Assembly: GCA_045126755.1 (NCBI GenBank)
Contig: JBGVOY010000139.1
Coordinates: 1-49,462, forward strand
Direction: 5' to 3'
Length of the DNA: 49,462 bases
Origin: Alphaproteobacteria bacterium
GTDB lineage: Bacteria; Pseudomonadota; Alphaproteobacteria; RF32; CAG-239
The notes beneath the pieces were generated by a model that was given only the letters and a program-made list of their open reading frames with translations, had not been told where the DNA came from and ran no database searches. Below, piece by piece: positions 26,645 through 35,639 of the stretch. Position numbers and translations under genes: made by a program. The number at the start of each line of letters is the position of its first letter. The first letter of the stretch is position 1.

Positions 26645-29600
26645 TTAGAATAATGCTCCGGATTGTTGGTTATATGTCGATGCCGTAGCGCCTGTTGACG
26701 GAGGCGGAGGTGGTGCTCCGTTGTATATCGGAGCACTTCTTGAAGGCGTCTTTTTCTTAGCCGGAGCTTCATCGATTAAACCACCTGACGGTTGAGCCTT
26801 TTCATCTTCGGCACCCATTACGTGAACGGAACCGCCTCCTGAATTTGCCTTATCATCGCCATCTTTACCTTGAACATTACCTTCTCTACCGTTAATCAAG
26901 ACACCGGAAGGATCATCTGATTCCTTTTCATCTTCCAATTCACGGGCAGGTGTTCTTATCCATAAATCTACTTTCGGATATATTATAATACGTGTTCCGG
27001 CAGGCACATAAGCAACTGCAGAAATATCTGTTTTATCTTTCAATATCTGTTGGAAAATATTGTTCATACCGTCAACAAAGTTATCTCTGGCTTCTTCTGC
27101 AGCCTGAGCTTTAGCATTTTGAACAGAGTTACCGTTTGAATCGGTTGTCGTTTCACCTGCTGCTGCTACATAAGTAATTGCACTTGTAAGAGATGTGGTA
27201 ACAAGAGGCAACGTGTATTTCTTAAGTAATTGTTCATCAATATAGCCAAGAGCTCCTGATTTACCTTGAGCATCACCCGTAACCGCATTGGCAAACTGGA
27301 ATGCGGAGCCATCGGGCCTTATCAAACGCTCCCAAGTAATACTTACCCTTACGGAACTTCCGGAGCTTCCGCCTCCAAATCCGCCCATAGAGCCCATTAC
27401 CCGGCTTCCTGCAGGAATTACTATATTTCTGCCGACTTCCGCATAAATATTTCTTTCAACGATAGCCGTAACAGGAACGCCATCGGCTCCTGACATAATT
27501 GTTCTTGCCAGCACTGCAGGAATAGGTTTATCGGCTAATATCATTTCGCTCATATCAACACGCCAAGAAGATATATCTCGAGCTACACCTTCCCAGTGCG
27601 TAGCCGTGCCGTCATACGATTCTTTATTTATTTTTGTAGATACTTTACTAACCGAAAACTCTTCTCGGCGTAAATTGTGCGCAGCACTGATTCCGTATGC
27701 GCGAATAGGATCATATCTTTCACCGGGACCATATCCGCCTCCGGGGCCTAAATTACTTACCTTATTACCTTCTCCGTATGCTTCGCCGGCACCCATAACA
27801 CCCGCCGGAACAAACATTGTTTCGGCAGAAGTTTTTTTAATTTCTTCCACTCCGGCCAATTCTCCGTAGTTATCTATAATAAGTCCGTCATTAGTTCTTT
27901 TACCTATAACGTTTCCGTTTACGTCGATAACATCATTGTTTTCTAAAATATTACCCAGAAAATTCCCATCAGGGTTAATAGCAATACCTATCACTTGCAT
28001 TTTTTTATCTTTTACTTGAGGTTCTTCTGTTATTTGTTCGGGAATTTCAATTTCACCAACCTGAATCTGTTCCTCTTCTTCAACATTTTTAGGTTTTTTA
28101 ATTATAATCGGTTTTCTTGTATTGTAATATTGCAAATAACGTGCTTTTGCCAATAATTTTCCGTTTTCATCTCTAACTTCACCGCTTCCGGATACTTTAC
28201 CTGCAACTGCATATTCGTTATCAACGACATCTCCGTCTATTAAGAGTTCTCCTATTACTTTATTATTTTTATCGCGAATAAAATAGTCTCTTGAACCACG
28301 TCCGATTATTTCATAATTCTTGTTTACCAAAAATCCTCTATCGGCTGTTCCGAGCGTTGTGCCGGCAAACGATGTTACGGAACCTGCCTTTGTAAGATAA
28401 CCGATAGCAAAATTATCTTTATCATATACGTAAACATCGTATAAAGCATATCCCAATTCTTTTCTTCCGGAAACTACCAATCCGTCGTAATTTACTTTTG
28501 CCAATACTTCATTTTTATCGTTAACAACTTCAGCCTTCTGGTTAACTCTACCCATAAAATTATTTTCGTTATCAAAAGCAAAACGATATTTAAAAGCAAC
28601 ACCTAATATTTTTTCGGCATCTTCAGATACGACCGTTCCGTCAGGTCTTACATATCCTATAACTTCGGAATTTTCATTTATAACCTTACCCGTTGTTAAT
28701 ATTCTGCCGATAATAACATTCTTAAAATTCATTACCGGTCCGGGTTCAACAACAGAAGCCTGAAAAACATTATCGTCGTTATATAAACGGCCATCCGATT
28801 TAACACAGCCCAAATCACGATTTTGATAGTCAATAGCTCTGCTTACACCATTGATGTTTGCAATAAGTTTTCCGTCAAAGTTAATCAATGAGCCTTTTTT
28901 AGGAGCAAAACCAACCATTGTTCCTACATCACTGATAACTTGATTGTTTGCTAATATCTTGCCTAAAACAACATCTCTGCCGTTTCGCACATCGCCTTTA
29001 GGGCTTACAACACCGATATATTCGCATACATTATTCACAACACTGTTAAAATCAGCCGTTTGACCGATAACGGAACCGTCGATTCCGCTGACTAAATTAT
29101 TGCTGATAGCTTTACCTATGATATTTCCGGCATAATTTTTTACTTCTCCGTTATGTTCCGCATAACCTAACATATTACCGTTAAAACCGATTACCATAAA
29201 TGCCCTGCCTATATTACCCGATACAGGCATCATATTTTCTGATACAGACTGAGTAGTTTCCACAACATCATATTCCGGAACTATTTTTGCCGTTATATTA
29301 CCTTTTCCATCCGTAATAAAATTGTTTTGCGCCAAAAACGGCATAATTTTACTGTCTAGCCCTATTGCATAATAAATATCGGATAATTGAGTTGAATATA
29401 TGTTATTATCAGCATCAATAACTTCTCCATGCTGTGTAATTTTTAAACCCAATTCTGTCGGAACACCGTTTATTTTTCCATCAATACCCACATATCCTTT
29501 AGGCATACCTGCCTGTGTATATGTATCGGATAATTCCAGTGTATTACCAATCAGCACGCTATCTGAAGAAAAAACATATCCGAAAGGAGATACTTTATAA

Positions 29601-30841
29601 CTGACATTCGCAGATGAAAAATCTGCCCCTGTTCCTTTAAGCCCGAGAACATCATTTGATGTTGTAATAATCAATGATGTATCTGCTCCGGCTCCCAATA
29701 TTCTGCCTATATTATCATAAACATAGTTTCCTTTTGTGTAGCCCATAAGTGTTCCCGACATAGAAATCGCAGAGCCGTTACTAAGCGCCATAGCAGTTAA
29801 ATTACCTAAGTAGTCAAAAACAGGACCAGTATATGATAATTGTCCCACAATTTTTCCGGTATTATCATAAACCATGGCTCTTGGCCCTACATAGCCTATG
29901 ATATCCTCTGAGCGAGCGACTTTACCTTCGGGCATAATTCGGCCTAAATATTTACCGTTAAAATCATTTGCAGTTGCTGCTATATCAACAAAAAAACCGA
30001 TAACTTCGTTGTTTGCATTTACTATTTTATTATCAGCACGAAGCCTGCCCACAACATTACCCTGATTTATAACTTCTCCGTTGTATGTTATAAGACCTAA
30101 ATAATTACCTACATTATCAAATGCGTATCCGCTAATTACCGTCCTTCCGATAACTTTATCGGTATTATCATACACATATCCGTTTGCGTGAACACTACCT
30201 ATAGTTTTAGTATCAAAATCGGTTACTTTGCCGCCGGGGGCGATACTACCTATAAATTCTCCCGTTGAAGATACTACCATTTTAGATGAAATTAAACGTC
30301 CGTCCAGAGTATATCTGCTTCCGCTGTTTTTATAAGCATACCCTGACGGAGATACAAAACCTATGTTCTGTCCGTCTATACTGACATATAAACCATCACC
30401 GGTCAAACGTCCCACCGTTTTTCCCGAATCATTATAAACTAAGCCCGGATATAAGACAGAACCTAAAATATTATATGAGTCATCTACAACCAAAGCATTA
30501 GGAAGTGTCTTACCTATTATTTTTCCAGAAGGTAAGCGAACCGTTCCGTCATTGTTTACTTTTCCCAACAATTTATTGTCATTTCCTATAACAACACCTT
30601 GAGGAACAACACCACCTATTATGTTACCTTCCGTATTGACTATAAAACTGTCTGCCGTAACGTTTCCGATTATTTGATTATCAAGCCCTACAACAGAACC
30701 ATCCGGTATAACCTTTCCGATAACTTTACCGTTAAAATCTATGGCAGTTATTTCGTTTGCGTAAACATACTTTGCCGTAACAATCATTACGGTTAATAAA
30801 ACTAAAAAAGCTCTAAATATTTTATTTAATGTTTTTTGCAC
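26645..30841 (-). CDS. virB10: Giant VirB10 (1398 aa): signal-like N-terminus, about 870 aa of 17-residue repeats, TrbI/VirB10 core, Pro-rich C-terminal tail
   Basis: The C-terminal ~220 aa match the VirB10/TrbI core pattern: DKPIPAVLARTIMSGADGVPVTAIVERNIYAEVGRNIVIPAGSRVMGS...ITWERLIRPDGSAFQFANAVTGDAQGKSGALGYIDEQL...VPAGTRIIIYPKVDLW. GTG start 1 nt after the upstream stop. Sits in the position virB9-X-virB10-virB11. Confidence 0.85.
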   Translation of the reverse strand: MQKTLNKIFRAFLVLLTVMIVTAKYVYANEITAIDFNGKVIGKVIPDGSVVGLDNQIIGNVTADSFIVNTEGNIIGGVVPQGVVIGNDNKLLGKVNNDGTVRLPSGKIIGKTLPNALVVDDSYNILGSVLYPGLVYNDSGKTVGRLTGDGLYVSIDGQNIGFVSPSGYAYKNSGSRYTLDGRLISSKMVVSSTGEFIGSIAPGGKVTDFDTKTIGSVHANGYVYDNTDKVIGRTVISGYAFDNVGNYLGLITYNGEVINQGNVVGRLRADNKIVNANNEVIGFFVDIAATANDFNGKYLGRIMPEGKVARSEDIIGYVGPRAMVYDNTGKIVGQLSYTGPVFDYLGNLTAMALSNGSAISMSGTLMGYTKGNYVYDNIGRILGAGADTSLIITTSNDVLGLKGTGADFSSANVSYKVSPFGYVFSSDSVLIGNTLELSDTYTQAGMPKGYVGIDGKINGVPTELGLKITQHGEVIDADNNIYSTQLSDIYYAIGLDSKIMPFLAQNNFITDGKGNITAKIVPEYDVVETTQSVSENMMPVSGNIGRAFMVIGFNGNMLGYAEHNGEVKNYAGNIIGKAISNNLVSGIDGSVIGQTADFNSVVNNVCEYIGVVSPKGDVRNGRDVVLGKILANNQVISDVGTMVGFAPKKGSLINFDGKLIANINGVSRAIDYQNRDLGCVKSDGRLYNDDNVFQASVVEPGPVMNFKNVIIGRILTTGKVINENSEVIGYVRPDGTVVSEDAEKILGVAFKYRFAFDNENNFMGRVNQKAEVVNDKNEVLAKVNYDGLVVSGRKELGYALYDVYVYDKDNFAIGYLTKAGSVTSFAGTTLGTADRGFLVNKNYEIIGRGSRDYFIRDKNNKVIGELLIDGDVVDNEYAVAGKVSGSGEVRDENGKLLAKARYLQYYNTRKPIIIKKPKNVEEEEQIQVGEIEIPEQITEEPQVKDKKMQVIGIAINPDGNFLGNILENNDVIDVNGNVIGKRTNDGLIIDNYGELAGVEEIKKTSAETMFVPAGVMGAGEAYGEGNKVSNLGPGGGYGPGERYDPIRAYGISAAHNLRREEFSVSKVSTKINKESYDGTATHWEGVARDISSWRVDMSEMILADKPIPAVLARTIMSGADGVPVTAIVERNIYAEVGRNIVIPAGSRVMGSMGGFGGGSSGSSVRVSITWERLIRPDGSAFQFANAVTGDAQGKSGALGYIDEQLLKKYTLPLVTTSLTSAITYVAAAGETTTDSNGNSVQNAKAQAAEEARDNFVDGMNNIFQQILKDKTDISAVAYVPAGTRIIIYPKVDLWIRTPARELEDEKESDDPSGVLINGREGNVQGKDGDDKANSGGGSVHVMGAEDEKAQPSGGLIDEAPAKKKTPSRSAPIYNGAPPPPPSTGATASTYNQQSGALF
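28150..30750 (-). repeat. Coding repeat array in virB10 (about 51-bp / 17-aa period, degenerate)
   Basis: Recurrent x-D-G-x-V-V-x-x-x-G-N-I-I-G-x-V units, e.g. GKVIGKVIPDGSVVGLDNQIIGNVTADSFIVNTEGNIIGGV. Boundaries estimated by eye. Confidence 0.7.
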
Positions 30842-30842
30842 T

Positions 30843-33800
30843 TTAGTTCCTCCGATTTTGAGCTACTTCTTGTAAAGCATATCCCACAACTTGTTTATCT
30901 ATATTAACAAACGAGCCGTTACTTTTCAAATATCCTATTTCTTTTCCGCTTGAACCTATAACTTTACCATCTGATGATAAATATCCTAAATATTGACCAT
31001 CGCTTGATAATACTGCCGTTCCGATTTTAAATATCTGCCCGATAATATTGTTCTGATTATCTATAGCTAAACCGCCGGAAAGTGTTCTGCCTATTATACT
31101 GTTATCCGACGATCTGATACTTCCGTCAAATGCAACAAATCCGGCTACTTTATCCTGATTATCAATCACGATATCACCGCTTACAACTTCACCGATAATT
31201 TTACCGTCAGTGCTGCTTACTTTACCGTCTGAATGAACATTTCCGATTATTACGTTTTTAGTGTTTATAACAGCTCCTTCCGGAAGAACCGAACCGATTA
31301 CGTTACCGCCAAAATCAACCACCGTTCCACGTTTTAATACACTCAAATTTTTATCGGTAGAGCCTCCGGGTAAAACAAAAGTAACAAGACGCCCTTTCAA
31401 ATCTGAAACCTCGCCTCTTTCATTTGTATAACCCTTGTATGCGCCGAACAAATCTATAACCGTATTTTGTTCTGTTTGTTCACCCAATATTTTACCGGTT
31501 TTATCCAAAATTAAACCGTTTAACGCATATAAAGCAACTTCTTGACCGAGATCTGTCAGCACTCTTCCTGACGGAGTTACATATCCGAGATATGAACCGT
31601 CATAACCTATTGCCGCACCCGTTTTCACAACGGAACCTACATATTTCCCTTTATCATTAAACCAACGCCCTTGTGTATCGACTGTTCCCAAATCATCCCC
31701 AAATCGATTAACCACACGGCCGTCAAAGTTTACAAAACCTTGCGCATTACCGTTTATATCGGTAACATATCCGGTCGGCATCATTTTACCTGCAATAGCG
31801 CCATAAAAGCTTAATCCGTCGCCATATATTTTATCAACCGGCATTCCGCTATTGTCATAAACTTTTCCGTCAGCAAATATTCTGCCGATTTCTTCGCCGG
31901 ATGAGTTTATTATCCTATTAAATTCAGGTAAAGCTACTCCGATAATGCGGTTATTTTCGCTAACTATATATCTGTGAAGCAACAATTTTGCTCCGGGATA
32001 ATCTTTCAGTGTAAATGTTCCGTCAGACTTAAACGTAGTAAGCAAATTACCTTTCATATCAAACACATAAAAGTTATTGTTGATTTTTCCCAGATATTTA
32101 CCTTCGGAACTATAAATTTCTTTATCTTCGGACACACAACCTACTCCGTTGCCGTTTGATGCTACCACTTGTCCGTAAGGTGATACAGTGCCTAATTTTA
32201 TACCGTTTGCCATATATCCCGTTTTATACTCTGCGACATATCCGATAACATCACCTTGTTCATTTAACACCGTGCCATCCGGATTAGTGCAACCGACATA
32301 ACTTCTGTTATTGCTTACAACGCCTTGTTCGTTGGCATAACCTAAATAATTACATTTATTATCAAATACCCTACCCGTCTTAACCGGATGCCCGACATAT
32401 TTTCCCATAGCATCGTATATTCCGCCGTCAAGACGTATTCTATATGGTAGAACCTGATTATCTTTTACTATTTTACCGGTTTTATCCAGTATACCAATGT
32501 TATTACATCCCCAACCTACTATAACTCCGCCGGACACTCCTTTTCCTATATATCTGGCCCCGCTTTTATCTTTTATCAATCCGTTGGGAAGTATTCTGCC
32601 GACAACTATACCTCTTTCAGATGTTACATCTCCGTTTTCGGCAATTATACCCATAACATCACCTGTAGGAGTAACGGGAACAAGCTCTGTTTTAACAACA
32701 CTTCCTATTGAAGATTTATCATAAACCACAACCCTTCCGTTTTCATCAACTCTGCCGATAATATTTCCCTGCCCGTCAACAGCATTGCCGTTTCCGTCGA
32801 CGTATCCGACTACATTTCCGTTTTCATCAACAATTACATTCACATAATCACCGGCTTTACCTATAACTCTTCCTGCTGCATCGACAATCGTTCCGTCTTC
32901 TTGCATTTTACCGATTACATTGCCCGCAAAATCGATTACGTTACCGTTTTCATCCACATACCCGATTACATTTCCGTTATTATCATAAGCAAGACGTCTG
33001 GAATCTCCTATTTTACCGTTTGTTGCAACAATACTACCGTCTTCTTTGGCATGTCCGATAACTTTGCCGTTAGAAGACACTACATCTTTTTCATGATTAA
33101 CATATCCGATTACATTTCCGTTTTCATCAACTGCGACATCAGCACTTCCGCCCAATTTAGCATAGATTATTCCGTCAGCCCCAATCAGAGTGCCGTCTTC
33201 TTGTATTTGTCCCAGAAGTGTGCCATCCATATTGAATATACTTCCGTCTTCTTGCATTCTGCCTAAAAGTGTTCCGTCAGCATTTAAAACTGCTTTTTCT
33301 TCACTAACATTACCGATTTCTTTACCGCTTTTATCGACAACAGTTCCATCCGGTAAGGCCATCCCTATCAGCTTACCGTTTTCGTCAACGACCGTCCCGT
33401 CAGGCAAGGCCATTCCTACCAACTTACCGCTTTCATCATAAACTAAATTATTTTCACTAATGGTCCCCATTAGCTTACCGTCTGCGCCGACTAAATCTTT
33501 TTCACCAAAAACTTTTCCTTCTACATTTCCATTTGCATCAACAACGGAATTCTTTTCATATTTTTTACCGATTATGTTACCGTCTACATCGACAACAGTG
33601 CCGTCTTTATTTGCTTTATACAATAAATTACCGGTTTTATCAACCACTTCTCCGTCTTTAGTTTTTGCACCGATGAAATTGCCGTTTGCATCAAAAACAG
33701 CTTTATCCGTACTTTTTTTACCTACAATATTACCATTTTTATCTATAAGATTACCTTCAGCATCGGTCTGATACAATTTGTTGTGATTTAAGTCTACTAT

Positions 33801-35639
33801 TGTTCCGTCAGGTAAGGCCATTCCTATTAACTTACCTTCATTGTCATAAACAGGTTTGCTTTCACCAACTTTACCTATTACATTACCGTTTGCATCGACA
33901 ACAGTTCCGTCAGGCATAGCTTTTCCGATTACATTACCGTTTTCATCAACAACCGTTCCGTCAGGAAGAACTCGTCCTATAACATTACCGTTTTCATCAT
34001 AAACTAATTTTTCTTCGCCGACAAAACCAAGCGAACTTCCATCTTCATTATAGAGGACGTTTCCATCGCCTAACACACCTAAAACATTGCCGTTTTCATC
34101 AACGTATGTTTCATTTTCGACAACGCTGCCTATTAACTGTCCGTCAAAAGTAAGCGCATTACCGGTTTCATCGATATAACCGATAACTTTACCGTCATCA
34201 TCATAGACAAGTTTTTTCTCTTCACCTATGCGACCGATTTGTTTTTCGGATAGAGCAAAAGCTTCACCGTTTTCATCGACATAACCTACAATGTTTCCGT
34301 TTTCATCAACGATGGAATTGTCCGGCATCACTACACCTAAAACATTTCCTTCATCATCTGTTACCGTGCGTCCTGATTTGCTGACGAAACCGATTACATT
34401 GCCGTTCATATCGACAACTTCACCGTTTTCATTTAATCTGCCTAAAACATTGCCTTCAAAATCAACAACTGTTCCGTCATCTAAGACACGTCCTATAACG
34501 TTACCGTTTTCATCATACACAAAACCGGCGTCGACCGCTTTACCGATTACATTACCGTTTTCATCAACAACTGTTCCGTCAGGAAGAACTTTACCTATAA
34601 CATTTCCTTCAAAATCAATAGCTTTTCCATCGGGTGTAACATAACCGATAATATTTCCGCTTTCATCGAAAATAAGTTTTTTGTTACCGGCAACACCTAT
34701 AATATTTCCGTCTTTATCGACAACCAACCCGTCAGCATTCACGCGTCCGATAATATTACCGTCTTCATCACGCACATAACCTTCATCATCGATATATCCC
34801 AAAACTTTACCGTCAGGACCATAAGCAACTCTCAGCTTTGAAGTATCTGCCTGAACTTTACCGACGACATTACCGTTTTCATCTATTACGTTGCCGTTTG
34901 CATCTATTGTGCCTATGACGTTACCGTTTTCATCAACCGCTTTACCATCTGCCGTAACTCTGCCTATGATGGCACCTTCGCTATTTTTAATAACTTTTTC
35001 ACCTGCAGATGAAGCCCCTGCTCCTGAAGAAGTTTCGCAATAGTTACAGTCTTCTTTTACTACGGCTCTTCCTTCTACCGGAACTTTTTGAGCTTTTGCA
35101 TTGGCAGCACTGACATTTGTTTCGTGCCAAGATACAATGTAATTGTTTTGAACATTACCTGAAACAACCGGCGCCCATTTCATTGTTACGTTACAGGTTT
35201 GATTACCTCTTAACTCGGCTCCTGTACACTCATCAACAAAAGTAAAACCGTCAAAAGGAGGTTCAGCCAGCTTAACCGACACAATTCGTATAGACGCTTT
35301 GCCGTTTGTTCCTATTGTCAAAACATTTATAGCTTCAGTTCCTAAAACAACTTGCCCCATATTTATCGGATCGGGAGTAGTTGTTATAGGGATTTCTTGT
35401 TCAACAACATCGTCAAATTCTATTCCGTTCATCAGAGGAGATGTATCCTCCTCTATTCCCAAAACATCATCATCTTCGGTAAACACAACTTCTTGCTGTT
35501 CTATCATGCCCGAACCGCTTGAAAACAATAAAATAAGTCCGAACAAAAACACTACAAACGAGGTTATACCGACAATTAAGATGATACGGTTTGTCTTACG
35601 AACATAACGTTCCGATGATGTTAAAACTTCTTTGCTCAT
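30843..35639 (-). CDS. Giant T4SS-embedded repeat protein (1598 aa): cytoplasmic tail, TM anchor, beta-sandwich-like domain, about 1380 aa of 17-residue repeats; no named family
   Basis: N-terminus ...RKTNRIILIVGITSFVVFLFGLILLF (TM). Residues ~85-175, MGQVVLGTEAINVLTIGTNGKASIRIVSVKLAEPPFDGFTFVDECTGAELRGNQTCNVTMKWAPVVSGN, follow the ASH/HYDIN ('choice-of-anchor D') beta-sandwich pattern. Repeats of IGKVLPDGTVVDENGNV run from there to the C-terminus. ATGA overlap with the virB9 stop. Confidence 0.8.
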   Translation of the reverse strand: MSKEVLTSSERYVRKTNRIILIVGITSFVVFLFGLILLFSSGSGMIEQQEVVFTEDDDVLGIEEDTSPLMNGIEFDDVVEQEIPITTTPDPINMGQVVLGTEAINVLTIGTNGKASIRIVSVKLAEPPFDGFTFVDECTGAELRGNQTCNVTMKWAPVVSGNVQNNYIVSWHETNVSAANAKAQKVPVEGRAVVKEDCNYCETSSGAGASSAGEKVIKNSEGAIIGRVTADGKAVDENGNVIGTIDANGNVIDENGNVVGKVQADTSKLRVAYGPDGKVLGYIDDEGYVRDEDGNIIGRVNADGLVVDKDGNIIGVAGNKKLIFDESGNIIGYVTPDGKAIDFEGNVIGKVLPDGTVVDENGNVIGKAVDAGFVYDENGNVIGRVLDDGTVVDFEGNVLGRLNENGEVVDMNGNVIGFVSKSGRTVTDDEGNVLGVVMPDNSIVDENGNIVGYVDENGEAFALSEKQIGRIGEEKKLVYDDDGKVIGYIDETGNALTFDGQLIGSVVENETYVDENGNVLGVLGDGNVLYNEDGSSLGFVGEEKLVYDENGNVIGRVLPDGTVVDENGNVIGKAMPDGTVVDANGNVIGKVGESKPVYDNEGKLIGMALPDGTIVDLNHNKLYQTDAEGNLIDKNGNIVGKKSTDKAVFDANGNFIGAKTKDGEVVDKTGNLLYKANKDGTVVDVDGNIIGKKYEKNSVVDANGNVEGKVFGEKDLVGADGKLMGTISENNLVYDESGKLVGMALPDGTVVDENGKLIGMALPDGTVVDKSGKEIGNVSEEKAVLNADGTLLGRMQEDGSIFNMDGTLLGQIQEDGTLIGADGIIYAKLGGSADVAVDENGNVIGYVNHEKDVVSSNGKVIGHAKEDGSIVATNGKIGDSRRLAYDNNGNVIGYVDENGNVIDFAGNVIGKMQEDGTIVDAAGRVIGKAGDYVNVIVDENGNVVGYVDGNGNAVDGQGNIIGRVDENGRVVVYDKSSIGSVVKTELVPVTPTGDVMGIIAENGDVTSERGIVVGRILPNGLIKDKSGARYIGKGVSGGVIVGWGCNNIGILDKTGKIVKDNQVLPYRIRLDGGIYDAMGKYVGHPVKTGRVFDNKCNYLGYANEQGVVSNNRSYVGCTNPDGTVLNEQGDVIGYVAEYKTGYMANGIKLGTVSPYGQVVASNGNGVGCVSEDKEIYSSEGKYLGKINNNFYVFDMKGNLLTTFKSDGTFTLKDYPGAKLLLHRYIVSENNRIIGVALPEFNRIINSSGEEIGRIFADGKVYDNSGMPVDKIYGDGLSFYGAIAGKMMPTGYVTDINGNAQGFVNFDGRVVNRFGDDLGTVDTQGRWFNDKGKYVGSVVKTGAAIGYDGSYLGYVTPSGRVLTDLGQEVALYALNGLILDKTGKILGEQTEQNTVIDLFGAYKGYTNERGEVSDLKGRLVTFVLPGGSTDKNLSVLKRGTVVDFGGNVIGSVLPEGAVINTKNVIIGNVHSDGKVSSTDGKIIGEVVSGDIVIDNQDKVAGFVAFDGSIRSSDNSIIGRTLSGGLAIDNQNNIIGQIFKIGTAVLSSDGQYLGYLSSDGKVIGSSGKEIGYLKSNGSFVNIDKQVVGYALQEVAQNRRN
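30870..35003 (-). repeat. Coding repeat array (51-bp / 17-aa period, roughly 80 units by length)
   Basis: Spacing between successive (I/V/L)G dipeptides is 17 aa in the regular stretches, e.g. IGYVTPDGKAIDFEGNV|IGKVLPDGTVVDENGNV|IGKAVDAGFVYDENGNV. The C-terminal third is more degenerate. Confidence 0.75.

Noticed and set aside
30839-30845. Idea that the 1598-aa repeat protein and virB10 are one gene broken by a stop or frameshift (a pseudogene)
   Set aside because: The two are in different frames. VirB10 has its own start codon followed by a hydrophobic signal-like segment, and the upstream protein ends cleanly. Both ORFs are very long and intact. I treat them as two genes. A sequencing frameshift cannot be fully excluded without reads.
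32497-34644. Several long plus-strand ORFs (e.g. 32497..32724, 33190..33441, 33460..33771, 34291..34644) encoding Pro/Ser/Thr-rich repetitive peptides
   Set aside because: They lie antisense to the giant repeat gene and simply mirror its 51-bp periodicity. They have no SD or start context. The minus-strand frame is uninterrupted for 1598 codons. They are shadow ORFs.
30870-35003. Regular 51-bp periodicity that could be mistaken for a CRISPR array or satellite
   Set aside because: The periodicity lies entirely within a continuous ORF. The units are degenerate and contiguous with no repeat-spacer alternation. There are no cas genes. No CRISPR array is seen anywhere in the window.
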